64,000 nt of DNA, taken from assembly GCF_963676685.1 (NCBI RefSeq), contig NC_092344.1:56792001-56856000 (forward strand), read 5' to 3'. This DNA comes from Mytilus edulis. Its lineage: Eukaryota. Numbering within the stretch: the stretch's first letter is position 1; each line of letters starts with the position of its first letter. This document shows positions 1 to 21,900 of the stretch, one piece after another. Both the position numbers and the translations under genes were made by a program. The notes beneath the pieces are model-generated. The model was not told the origin of the DNA. It made no database searches and was given only the letters and a program-made list of their open reading frames with translations.

Positions 1-3000
1 TGCTTACAGTCAGCTTTTTATGGTAGGATAATATGCACGTCTTAAGTATTATTAGTGTATACAAATGTAAAATAAATCAATGCATACACACCTTTTATCA
101 ATTAATAATTTGTTCATTCATTTTCCCATATTTTGATAAATTACATTGCACATAATTTAAATAAATTATCACATATTAAAGTAAACAATAAGTATATCCA
201 ATTGGACGAATATAAGTTTCAAGTAGACAATTATTCTATAATATTACAAAAGTGGCGGATGACCTGTAGTTGTTAATTTCTGTATCATTTGGCCTCTTGT
301 AAAGAGTTGTCTCATAGGCAAATACATTTACAATCTGTTAGGGAGCTGATTTTACTGATTCAGACAATTTATTTCATTCTATCTTGATTGATTATGTAAC
401 ACTAAACAATTGTCACAAGCAAACAAGTATTTGAATTTCAAGTTATTATTTTAAAAAATTGAGGCTTTATTATTTCAGTGAATTAAAGAATGAAGAGAAA
501 TCAACTTATTTATACCCAAGCTGACCAACTGTCAAGAAAAAGAAGACAAAGCAACTCCATCTGAAGGAAATTAAAAGAAAAGATTTTATCATTACAACAA
601 TAGATGTGAAAATGTTATTTTTTCAATCTAAAACACACATAACAAAAAATACACTTAAGAAATACTGTTCAAGCTTGATTCTTAAAATATCAGTCTTACT
701 TTTTTTATATTCTTGAAGATGTATTGTAAAAGTAAATTTGTTAGATTAAAGTTTTTCAAGGCTTGAATTATCTCCCCTTATTAATCTCCAAAAAACTTTA
801 TGCAAGACTGTTTGTTTTCCAACTCCTAGAATTCTAAATGTTTAAAGTTGAAAATATGTGTCAAAATTTGTTTCTTCTTTGTTTACAGTTTTATGATTGG
901 AGTTCAACCTTTAATCTCAAGAACAAAATAAAGGAAATCTACTGTGCACAAAAGTCTTCTTCTTTTTTTTTATGAATTGTAAAGATAATTTTTGAAGACT
1001 GACAATTTAACACTGTATTAGAGAAATTTAGTTTGCAGAAATTCAAGATACATTTTGTAAAACCAAACAATATGATTTTTTTACTTAAATTAGTTCTTAT
1101 TTCAAAATCAAATGACTAAGGCAGATAACTCTACTTCTAAATTATTTATCTGAAATAGTAAATTAAAGTGGCTCATTTTAGTATTATCACTGACTGATAG
1201 ATTTGTCCCTTAATAGAGATTAATGTTCCTAACAATTGATGCTAACTTATATTTGCTGATGCAAATTATCCCTTAATTTTAGATTATTACTTTTAAATTA
1301 AATATATGTTGTTTTTAGGAGTTGTGTCCCTTTAATATTTTTTTATTTATCAGAATATGTTTGGTATATATGTAATCAAGGCAGTATTTTATGCTGATTA
1401 CATTATCTTTATTTACATTCAAGGTTGTCAAACAATCCTGTAGTTGTAGTATTTTTGAATTTAGCGATGATCTGTATAAATATGTATTAAAATTAATTGT
1501 TTCTTTTGCACGCCCCCTCAATTACATAGTAATGGCTTATTTTTTTTATACCAACCTTAATGGTGAAAGTATTCAGAATTTGATGAATTCTGAAATTCTG
1601 CATTTTAGATCTGTGGTAATAAATAAGTTATTTGAATTTGAAACATCATTTAAGTTGACATGTTACATTTTCAAACATTTACAAATGAACCCACATTTTT
1701 ATTTTATTTGAAAAGATAATAAATTGAAAAACTTATTACATTTTAAATTAATGTATCTCCTACCTACTGATACTTCTAAGAATTCTGTATGCAAATAAAA
1801 ATGTTCATAGGTATTAAATTTATAGAAAATCAAACTTGAAAAGAAACTGGGGTTGATGTGCATAATTTATGTTTAATTTGAAATTGTAACAAATTATAAA
1901 CTTTTATTTGATTGTACATTGTGCTGAATGTTGATTGAAGTCCATCTGTATAGATGAAACTTATGTTTTGAATATTCATTGATTAATAAACTTAATAAAA
2001 GTATAATGCAATACCCGTCTTTGTATGTTTTATGAATCAATTCAGAGCTACCACAATTTATATCACATTTTCTTGATTACTGAATGATCAAATCAATAGA
2101 ATATAAATCATATGTCCCATAATGCAAGAAATAGGATGCTGGTCTCAACTTTTTTCATTTCAGAAGGTAGAAGAGTTTTATAAATTATATTTGGATGTCT
2201 GGCTTGTGTCTGGTGTCATTGATCTCAGTGTTTTTATCACCTGATTTTGTCAGTTATCATGAGTAAAAGGACAATTATATTTGGTATTAAGTCTGCACAA
2301 GAGGTATACATTTCTGTATGAAGGAGTTCATCTTCTTTTTAATTATTGATTAGTAAGACACTATAGTAATTATGTGTTGAGTATGAAATGATGATAAGAT
2401 CTACTAGTATGTGTCGGTTTGGCAGGACTCATCTGACTTTTATTTGAATTTTATGATTTCAAACATAAACACTACTTTTACTGTTCTTGTCGATGTATGT
2501 TTGTTTATAGCATTTTATGCAAGCAGGGGCATTATCTGTGTCCTATGGACACATTCCCAATTTTTTTTTTTACATTGTAGCTATTATCTTGAAAACTATA
2601 TTAGATAGATAGAAACTTAATTGATAAAAATGTTCAACAATGCAACATCTACAATTAAGACAAAATGGAAGAAATCAACCAAAGACTCCTTGTTGGAGTA
2701 ATTGCCCTTAAATGACAATTTTTAACTTCTTTCTTGTTTGTATATATGTTTGCCTTCAAATGATAAGAATTGTAATAAATAGAAAATTAAAATCTTAATG
2801 GTTTACTTTTATAAACTGTTACATGGATGGAGAGTAATCTCATTGGCACTCATACCACATCTTCCTTTATCTAAGATCTACTAACAAATCAAATTTTGAG
2901 TACATAGTAGACTGTCGCCCTTTTACGGAGTGCTTGTCTTTAAATGAGGATTTATTTACCCTCATTTGTGTCTTGAGCAAAACAGAAGAAGATAAAAAAG

Positions 3001-3319
3001 AAACTAAACACACTAAATGATAATCAATGAAGATTAACAAAACAGAGGTATTTAAATGAGAATTTTATTCCCATTTATAATGTTTAAGAGTGTACTTTGT
3101 TGAATAAGAACACAGGCCAAGCTAAAGGTGAGCGACACAAGCTCTTTAGAGCCTCCAGTTCTGTAACACTTGTGCAAGTGTTCAGTCCAGCTTTGTTTCA
3201 TTAACGTAGTTGTAAATATCTTGTGGGAAGGAATTCATCATTCTTTCTTAATAAATCCCTGATTTAAACATTAAGGTCACCGAAATTGACATCATTAGAA
3301 TGATAAATTGAAAAAAAAA

Positions 3320-4200
3320 ACTTTTTAAGTTTGAGGACTATGTTTTTCAACAGACAATTAACATTCTTTTAAAAGCCTCTTTTAGTCCATCGTTTCTTCG
3401 TTGAAATAAGACCTTCATAATATTGGAGCTTCTCAAGAAGATATCTTAAAAGCTAGACTAACCCTTGTACTTCCCCTTTCCAAATGGAAAGGATGTTCTA
3501 TTTAATAATTACGTTTGGTGACAATGTTAATACCAGTCATCCCTTCCGATCTTGAAATAAAGGATACCATCAGTACAGCCAAGTCTACATATTGACTTTC
3601 ATCTAGCAATAACCAATTAGGGTGGTTTTGCACTAAACATAAAGACAAAGAAAATTATTTCAGCTTTCCTATCTTGAACTTTCCATTTCTATGTAATAAC
3701 GTCTTAGCAGGACCATCAAATGCACTTATTCCAGTTGATACGATATTTCATAGTTTGCATACACTAACATGATTACTATGCAAGAGGCTGTTGCTTACAA
3801 GGAATATTTGGAATCAGAGATCAGATATTTCAATTCCTAAATTTAAGTTAGCCCTTAAAACGGTTTACGGAAGCTGATATGATTTGGGTGACCGTTTTAG
3901 AATATCTGTGTGACAGATGACCACAGGTATATTCCAAATTGTGAAAGCCATATATATTCCTTTTTTCTTTTCCTTGACTGAAAAATCGGCTTATCACCAG
4001 ATTTGTTATCGCCTTGAGCTTCTCGATGGATACCTCTAGTGGACCAAGATATGATTATCGTTCAAGAGCTTCTGATATAATCACAGGTATTTGGTGGGTC
4101 TTTCGTTGCTATAAGACATATGTTTCTATGTGGTGTTTTGTAAAGTATTTCTCAATAGGTAATCTTCTAATTATATTCGTTGGATGCCAAACTTTTTCCC
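3320..4200 (+). mobile_element. Highly decayed Penelope-like retroelement fragment
   Basis: Collinear decayed similarity to 40960-41800 (ttttcaacagacaatt; aactttccatttctatgtaataac; tcccagttgatacgatat) with many stops. Confidence 0.6.
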
Positions 4201-5630
4201 GTTTTCAAAGGATGAATGGTATGTTTCGCAACTAACATTAAGATGAACTATGTTTTTATTTTTATTTTTTAAGATTCAGTAACTCTAACCTGCATGGCAT
4301 TTTGTTCATTGACTTGGACAAATTCTTCTTCAAAATTAATAAAGGTTTCTTAAAACGCATTTGGTATTTACTGCTAAAAGGGCCTTTGATTTTTGCGTTT
4401 AGATAAAGTGTAGAGATCAATAACTTAGTTCAAACCTTAATGGAATTTCATAAAACATTTGCAAAAAGCTTTCAATTTCAAGACATATAAGGGAGTAATA
4501 AACTCTAAATCTGAGCGCCATAGATGGACATTCCAGCATTGAAGATATTAAAACTAGCGATATAAAAATCAAGCGATGCTGGTACAGACGAGATAAATGA
4601 GAAAAAAATATGTGACTGAAAATGTATAGTTTAGCGCTGTAGACATAGAGTTATGCGCTGTAGATATAAAGATCAACACACGGGATTTAACTTCTATAGC
4701 GCTTTTAAATATGTCAAGTCCAGCGACAGAAGCTACATCTTCAGATCTTCCACGCTAGACCTTGTATTTTTTGCGGTAGACTTGACATATTCGGCTTTAA
4801 TTCTGGATTTTGTGTCTCCAGATCCAGAACTTGTCATGAGAAGGGGGCGCTGACTGATTAAAGGGAGGCCCCAGTCATGCTTCAGTGACCCCTATATAAT
4901 CAACCAAATTTTTCACACGAAAGCCCCCCCCTCTCCAAGCCCCCTGGATCCGCCTATAATACCATTCACATAACATTTGAGCCTAATGCTTAGGACACCG
5001 GTGGTTTGTCTCTGACAAAGCGAACAAAAAGTAAAGTTCTTGTATATAATGTCTTGCGAATTCAGCACTGTAGATGTGAATATTAGCGACAGAATAAAAA
5101 AAAATGCAAAAGAGCAGATATTAAGTTAATATAAAAGGAAAATATGTCTTGCATTGGATATCCAATCACTGTCAGAGGTTATGTATTTCTTTGTATCATT
5201 AGGTTTTATTCTTTACATCGCAAGCCCAAAGACAGTACTTCTTCAAAAGACAAGTTTGCAGTTGCATTGCAAGATTTAGATGAATTTGGCTAATCGTTTA
5301 TCTTAATACCTTCTGGTTTTGCTTAACATCCGAATTGATACATGACTATAGGTAAAGATGTAAGACTTCAAATTTCTAGCGCACAACTATACATCTCAGT
5401 CATCTTAAGATTTGACATATATTGCGCTAGACATTGCTACTACAGGACCTTACGCATCCAGTAAAGGATTTATGCAGTGCGACCAGCGCCAATCAGACTA
5501 CGGCTATCTATATATAATTTTCACAGAGTTATGTCAGCCTCATACTAATGTTGAGTTATGATAAAGCACTAGAGAAGTAAAATTGAACGATGCAGATCTA
5601 TACTCTACTAATTATGTATTTAAGTAATCA

Positions 5631-5757
5631 GGGTTAGGGTTAGGGTTACATGTCATAACCCTAACCCTAACCCTTACCCTAACCCTAACTCTTACCCTAA
5701 CCCTAACCCTAACCCTAACCCTTACTACAACCCTAATCCTGACCCTAACCCTTACTA
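5631..5757. repeat. Inverted telomeric repeat junction: (GGGTTA)3-catgtca-(TAACCC)~15, running into an N gap
   Basis: Read directly at 5631-5648 and 5656-5757, with some variant units (TTACCC, TAACTC, TGACCC). Confidence 0.92.
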
Positions 5758-5915
5758 NNNNNNNNNNNNNNNNNNNNNNNNNNNNNNNNNNNNNNNNNNN
5801 NNNNNNNNNNNNNNNNNNNNNNNNNNNNNNNNNNNNNNNNNNNNNNNNNNNNNNNNNNNNNNNNNNNNNNNNNNNNNNNNNNNNNNNNNNNNNNNNNNNN
5901 NNNNNNNNNNNNNNN
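5758..5915. other. Assembly gap (158 N)
   Basis: Run of N. Confidence 1.
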
Positions 5916-6389
5916 GTGAAAAATTTCTCATTAGCACACAGAGTTTACAGTTCAACACTGCATTTTGTATTTTAGCGCTGGTAGTGAGATAACATGCATT
6001 GCAAAACACTTTCAGCGCTAATCCATGCATTTTTAGCATCAGACTTGAAATCTTGAAACTTAACTCTTAAAGTCTTTAATATACAGGGTTACTTCAATTT
6101 CTGTGCGAGTAACAATTATATATAGTTTGCAATACTTGTGTGAATATATCACAAAAGAACATCGTATTAGATAATACTTCGATGAATTGAAATAGACTCT
6201 GGACCTTGCTTATTAGACATAATGAATGATAGTTCAGCCCCTGGTGCCAAATACAAAAAAAAAAAAAAAGAAATGTGATATGATTGCCAATTAGACCACC
6301 ATCAAAAAGAGACCAAACGACAGAGAAATTAATAGCTATAGGTCCCCATACGGGTTTTAACAATGAGCAATGTCCATAGGACTGGACAT

Positions 6390-9300
6390 TGTAGACCGGC
6401 CCACTAAGTCTGGTGGACCAATAGACCACAGAAACCACATTAGAACCCTCAGAGTAATTTAGACCCTGTATATTGCCTGTTGGACCTAATGGATGATAGC
6501 TACAGCCATTGATGCTTAGTTCATTTGTTGTGGTGCTAATATATATGCACTATGTAAGAATTTGACATCTTGGTCTAGTACACCAAAACCACTAAGTTTG
6601 ATGGTCTAATAGGCCATAGAAGCCAGATATGACTTCACCAGATTGATTAAAACCATACACCTAGTTTATAGACATTAAGGAGCTTAGCTGCTGTCCACGG
6701 TGCTAATTTATTTTTGGTGGTACTTATAAATATTTTAGACAGGTAGACATCTTCAACTTGCGGACGATTTAAGCAAGTCTGGTGGACCTATATGGTGTGT
6801 TTATCAGATTAGTCCCAAACTGATCGCTTAAGACCATTGACATTGAGGCGTAGACCTATTGGAGGCTAGCTCCTAACCATGGTGCTTATTTCCTTTTGGT
6901 GGTGCTTATAAATAGATGAGATGGGTGGATTTCTTTAACTTGTAGACTATTCTAGAAAAGCTGGTGGACCCTGCTTGAGTGATTTAGACCCTGGGCCTAT
7001 TATCTTATATCAATTAAAGGATAACTTCTTCCTGTGGTGCTAAATTCGTTTTTGGTGGTGCTTTTCTACTCTTCCATGAAATATACCATAAAAGACTTAT
7101 AGATTGAATCACATGTGCATATGGACCAAGGGGCCTTACAAACCAAGTTAGACCCCAAAGATTATTTTAAAACCTTTAATCTGTTTATTGGACCACTGGG
7201 AGGGAAGCTACCCCCGTGGTGCTAAGTCCATTTTCGGTGATGCTTATATTTTTCTTTTTTGAAATATACCAAAAAGGACCCCATGGACATGTAGAGTGGA
7301 CCCCAGGTGCATGTGGACCAATGAGCCTTACAAACCAAGTTATACCCCAGAAGAATAGTTTAGACCTTTTTACCCGTTTGTTGGACCAATGGGAGGCCAG
7401 CCACCTCCCGTGGTGCTTAGTTCGTTTTTTATGGTGCTTATGTCTGTATTTAATGTAATATATCCTAAAGCACCATAATGAGTTGGAAGTTGAACCACAA
7501 GTGTATGTGGACCAATGATCCATACAAACCAACTTGGACTCACAATGAGTTTTATAAACCCATATACTAGTCTATTGGACAAATAGGAGGGATGCCACCT
7601 CCTGTGGTGCTAAGTCCATTTTCGGTGGTGCTTATATTTTCTTTAATGAAATATACCCTTAATGACCCCATGGACATGTAGAGTGAACCCAAGGTGCATG
7701 TGGACCAATGAGACTTACAAACAAAGTTAGACCCCATAAGAGTATTTTAGAACCTTTTACTCGTTTGTTGGACCAATGGGAGGGAAGCCACCTCCCGTGG
7801 TGCTTAGTCCGTTTTCGCTGGTGCTTACATTTTCTTTGATGAAATATACCCTAAAATAACCCCATGGATTTATAGATTGAACCCAAGGTGCATATGGACC
7901 AATGACCTTACAAACCAAGTTAGACCCCCAAAGAGCACTATAGATCCTTTTACCCGTTTGTTGGACCAATGGGTGGTAAACCACCTCCCGTGGTGCTAAG
8001 TTCATTTTCGGTGGTGCTTATATTTTTCTTAAATGATTTATACACCAAAGGACCCCAGGACTTGTGTAGATTGGACCATATGTGCCTGTAGACTAATGAG
8101 CTTAACAAATCATCGTAGACCCCAATAGAGTGCCTTAGACCTCTCGATTGGACCAATTGGAGGGAGCTACCTCCCGTGGTGCTAAGTTTTTGTTCTGTGG
8201 TGCTTATATTTTTCTTAAATGATATATACACCAAAAGACCCCAGGACTTGTGTAGATTGGACCATATGTGCCTGCGGACTAATGAGCTTAACAAACCATC
8301 TTAGACCCCAATAGACTGCTTAAGACCTCTATACGCGTCGTTTGGACCAATGGCAGGGAAGCTACCTCCCGTGGTGCTAAGTTTTTTTTCGGTGGTGCTT
8401 ATATTTTTATTAAATGATATATACACCAAAAGACCCCGGGACTTGAGTAGATTGGACCATATGTGCCTGTGGACTAATGAGCATAACAAACCATCTTAGA
8501 TCCCAATAGAGTGCTTTAGACCTCTATACACGTCGATTGGACCAATTGGAGGGAGCTACCTCCCGTGGTGCTAAGTTTTTGTTCTGTGGTGCTTATATTT
8601 TTCTTAAATGATATATACACCAAAAGACCCCAGGACTTGTGTAGATTGGACCATATGTGCCTGCGGACTAATGAGCTTAACAAACCATCTTAGACCCCAA
8701 TAGACTGCTTAAGACCTCTATACGCGTCGTTTGGACCAATGGCAGGGAAGCTACCTCCCGTGGTGCTAAGTTTTTTTTCGGTGGTGCTTATATTTTTATT
8801 AAATGATATATACACCAAAAGACCCCGGGACTTGAGTAGATTGGACCATATGTGCCTGTGGACTAATGAGCATAACAAACCATCTTAGATCCCAATAGAG
8901 TGCTTTAGACCTCTATACACGTCGATTGGACCAATTGGAGGGAGCTACCTCCCGTGGTGCTAAGTTTTTGTTCTGTGGTGCTTATATTTTTCTTAAATGA
9001 TATATACACCAAAAGACCCCAGGACTTGTGTAGATTGGACCATATGTGCCTGCGGACTAATGAGCTTAACAAACCATCTTAGACCCCAATAGACTGCTTA
9101 AGACCTCTATACGCGTCGTTTGGACCAATGGGAGGGAAGCTACCTCCCGTGGTGCTAAGTTTTTTTTCGGTGGTGCTTATATTTTTATTAAATGATATAT
9201 ACACCAAAAGACCCCGGGACTTGAGTAGATTGGACCATATGTGCCTGTGGACTAATGAGCATAACAAACCATCTTAGATCCCAATAGAGTGCTTTAGACC

Positions 9301-12097
9301 TCTATACACGTCGATTGGACCAATTGGAGGGAGCTACCTCCCGTGGTGCTAAGTTTTTGTTCTGTGGTGCTTATATTTTTCTTAAATGATATATACACCA
9401 AAAGACCCCAGGACTTGTGTAGATTGGACCATATGTGCCTGCGGACTAATGAGCTTAACAAACCATCTTAGACCCCAATAGACTGCTTAAGACCTCTATA
9501 CGCGTCGTTTGGACCAATGGGAGGGAAGCTACCTCCCGTGGTGCTAAGTTTTTTTTTCGGTGGTGCTTATATTTTTATTAAATGATATATACACCAAAAG
9601 ACCCCGGGACTTGAGTAGATTGGACCATATGTGCCTGTGGACTAATGAGCATAACAAACCATCTTAGATCCCAATAGAGTGCTTTAGACCTCTATACACG
9701 TCGGTTGGACCAATGGCAGGGAAGCTACCTCCCGTGGTGCTAAGTTTTTTTTTCGGTGGTGCTTATATTTTTATTAAATGATATATACACCAAAAGACCC
9801 CGGGACTTGAGTAGATTGGACCCTATGTGCCTGTGGACTAATGAGCATAACAAACCATCTTAGACCCCAATAGAGTGCTTTAGACCTCTATACACGTCGG
9901 TTGGACCAATGGCAGGGAAGCTACCTCCCGTGGTGCTAAGTTTTTGTTCTGTGGTGCTTATATTTTTCTTAAATGATATATACACCAAAAGACCCCAGGA
10001 CTTGTGTAGATTGGACCATAAGTGCCTGCGGACTAATGAGCTTAACACACCATCTTAGACCCCAATAGAGTGCTTAAGACCTCTACACGCGTCGTTTGGA
10101 CCAATGGGAGGGAAGCTACCTCCCGTGGTGCTAAGTTTTTTTTCGGTGGTGCTTATATTTTTATTAAATGATATATACACCAAAAAACCCCAGGACTTGT
10201 GTAGATTGGACCATATGTGCCTGTAGACTAATGAGCTTAACAAACCATCTTAGTCCCCAATAGAGTGCTTAAGACCTTTATACGCGTCGTTTGGACCATT
10301 GGGAGGGAAGCTACCTCCCGTGGTGCTAAGTTTTTTTCGGTGGTGCTTATATTTTTATTAAATGATATATACACCAAATGACCCCAGGACTTGTGAAGAT
10401 TGGACCATATGTGTCTGTAGACTATTGAGCTTAACCAACAATCTTAGACCCCAATAGAGTGCTTAAGACCTCTATACACGTCGGTTGGACCAATTGGAGG
10501 AAAGCTACCTCCCGTGGTGCTAAGTTTTTGTTCTGTGGTGCTTATATTTTTTTAAATGATATATACACCAAAGGACCCCAGGACTTGTGAAGATTGGACC
10601 ATATGTGCTTGTAGACTATTGAGCTTAACCAACCGGTTTAGACCCCAATAGAGTGCTTAAGACCTCTTTACGCGTCGTTTGGGCCAATGGGAGGGAAGAT
10701 ACCTCCCGTGGTGCTAAGTTTTATTTCGGTGGTGCTTATATTTTTATTAAATGATATATACACCAAAGGACCCCAGGACTTGTGTAGATTGGACCATATG
10801 TGCCTGTAAACTAATGAGCTCAACAAACCATCGTAGACCCCAATAGAATGCTTTAGACCCCATTACACGTCAGTTGGACCAATTGGAGGGAAGCTACCTC
10901 CCGTAGTGCTAAGGTTTTTTTCGGTGATGCTTATATTTTTCTTTTATGATATATACACCAAAAGACCACAGGACTTGTGTAGATTGGACCATATGTGCCT
11001 GTGGACTAATGAGCTTAACAAACCATCTTAGACCCCAATAGAGTGCTTTAGACCTCTATACACGTCGGTTGGACCAATGGCAGGGAAGCTACCTCCCGTG
11101 GTGCTAAGTTTTTTTTCGGTGGTGCTTATATTTTTATTAAATGATATATACACCAAAAGACCCCGGGACTTGAGTAGATTGGACCATATGTGCCTGTGGA
11201 CTAATGAGCATAACAAACCATCTTAGATCCCAATAGAGTGCTTTAGACCTCTATACACGTCGGTTGGACCAATGGCAGGGAAGCTACCTCCCGTGGTGCT
11301 AAGTTTTTTTTCGGTGGTGCTTATATTTTTATTAAATGATATAAACACCAAAAGACCCCGGGACTTGAGTAGATTGGACCCTATGTGCCTGTGGACTAAT
11401 GAGCATAACAAACCATCTTAGACCCCAATAGAGTGCTTTAGACCTCTATACACGTCGGTTGGACCAATGGCAGGGAAGCTACCTCCCGTGGTGCTAAGTT
11501 TTTTTTCGGTGGTGCTTATATTTTTATTAAATGATATATTCACCAAAAGACCCCAGGACTTGTGTAGATTGGACCATATGTGCCTGTAGACTTATGAGCT
11601 TAACAAACCATCTTAGACCCTAATAGAGTGCTTTAGACCCCTAACCACGTCAGTTGGACCAATTGGAGGGAAGCTACCGCCCGTGGTGCTAAGTTTTTTA
11701 TTTCGGTGGTGCTTTTATTTTTCTTAAACAGATATACCCTAAAGGACCCCATGGACTTGTAGATTGGAACCAAGGTGCATGTGGACCAATGATCCATACA
11801 AACCAACTAGGACTCAGAAAGAGTGTTATATACCCATATACTTGTCTGTTGGACCAATGGGAGGGAAGCTATCTCCCGTGGTGCTAAGTCCGTTTTCGGT
11901 GGTGCTTATATTTTTCTTTAATGAAATATACCCTAAAAGACCCCATAGACTTATAAATTGAACCGCAGTTGCATATGGACCAATGCAAACCAAGTTAGAC
12001 CCCAAAGAGTATTTTAGACTCGTTTACCCGTCTGTTGGACCATTGGGAGGGAAATTACGTCCCGTGGTGTTCAGTTTGTTTTTTGGTGGTGCTTAAT
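6390..12097. repeat. ~195-bp satellite array, ~30 monomers, with a 389-bp dimeric higher-order repeat in the core
   Basis: The motif cccgtggtgctaag..gtggtgcttata recurs about every 195 bp from ~6510 to 12064. Near-identical 62-aa pseudo-ORFs recur at 8301/8690/9079 (389-bp spacing), 9860/10055 and 11028/11223 (195-bp spacing). Confidence 0.95.
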
Positions 12098-12408
12098 TAC
12101 TGCAAGGATTTGTATAGTTAGACTATACAAATACTTGATTAATGTAGTCCATATTAAAAAAAAAAAAATTATTTTAACTTTTCATTCAATGATTATTTGA
12201 TGTATCTTAATATCTACGTATACATTAAATAACTCATAGTTGCCCAAATGTATTTATTTTACTGATAAAGTCCGTGGTGCTTATTGTGGTTCTTCGTGGT
12301 AGAATCGGGGGATATTCTAACTCGATCTTCGCTTCGAAAAAATAAACAGATATTACAGCTGTATATTGACATTTGTTTAGAGCAATTACAAATTCAAGAA
12401 GAAGAAAA

Positions 12409-21900
<9,492 letters not shown>

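Noticed and set aside
1-2020. 3' end and UTR of an upstream + strand gene (twin AATAAA near 1985-2000)
   Set aside because: Plausible, but only a few codons could lie in the window and none is identifiable; AATAAA is common in such AT-rich DNA.
5755-6039. ORFs spanning N runs (also 26310-26495)
   Set aside because: Artefacts of translating assembly gaps.
7950-11411. Repeated 62-aa minus-strand ORFs (MLCSLVHRHIWSNL..) as a tandem gene family or repeat protein
   Set aside because: They are satellite monomers. Each has a stop, alternate units are frameshifted by 1-bp indels, and there are no splice signals or recognisable domain.
6390-12097. Satellite as a CRISPR array or a hammerhead retrozyme array
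   Set aside because: No unique spacers or cas genes, and the context is eukaryotic. The CTAATGAG motif lacks G5, a stem II and GAAA, so it is not a hammerhead core.
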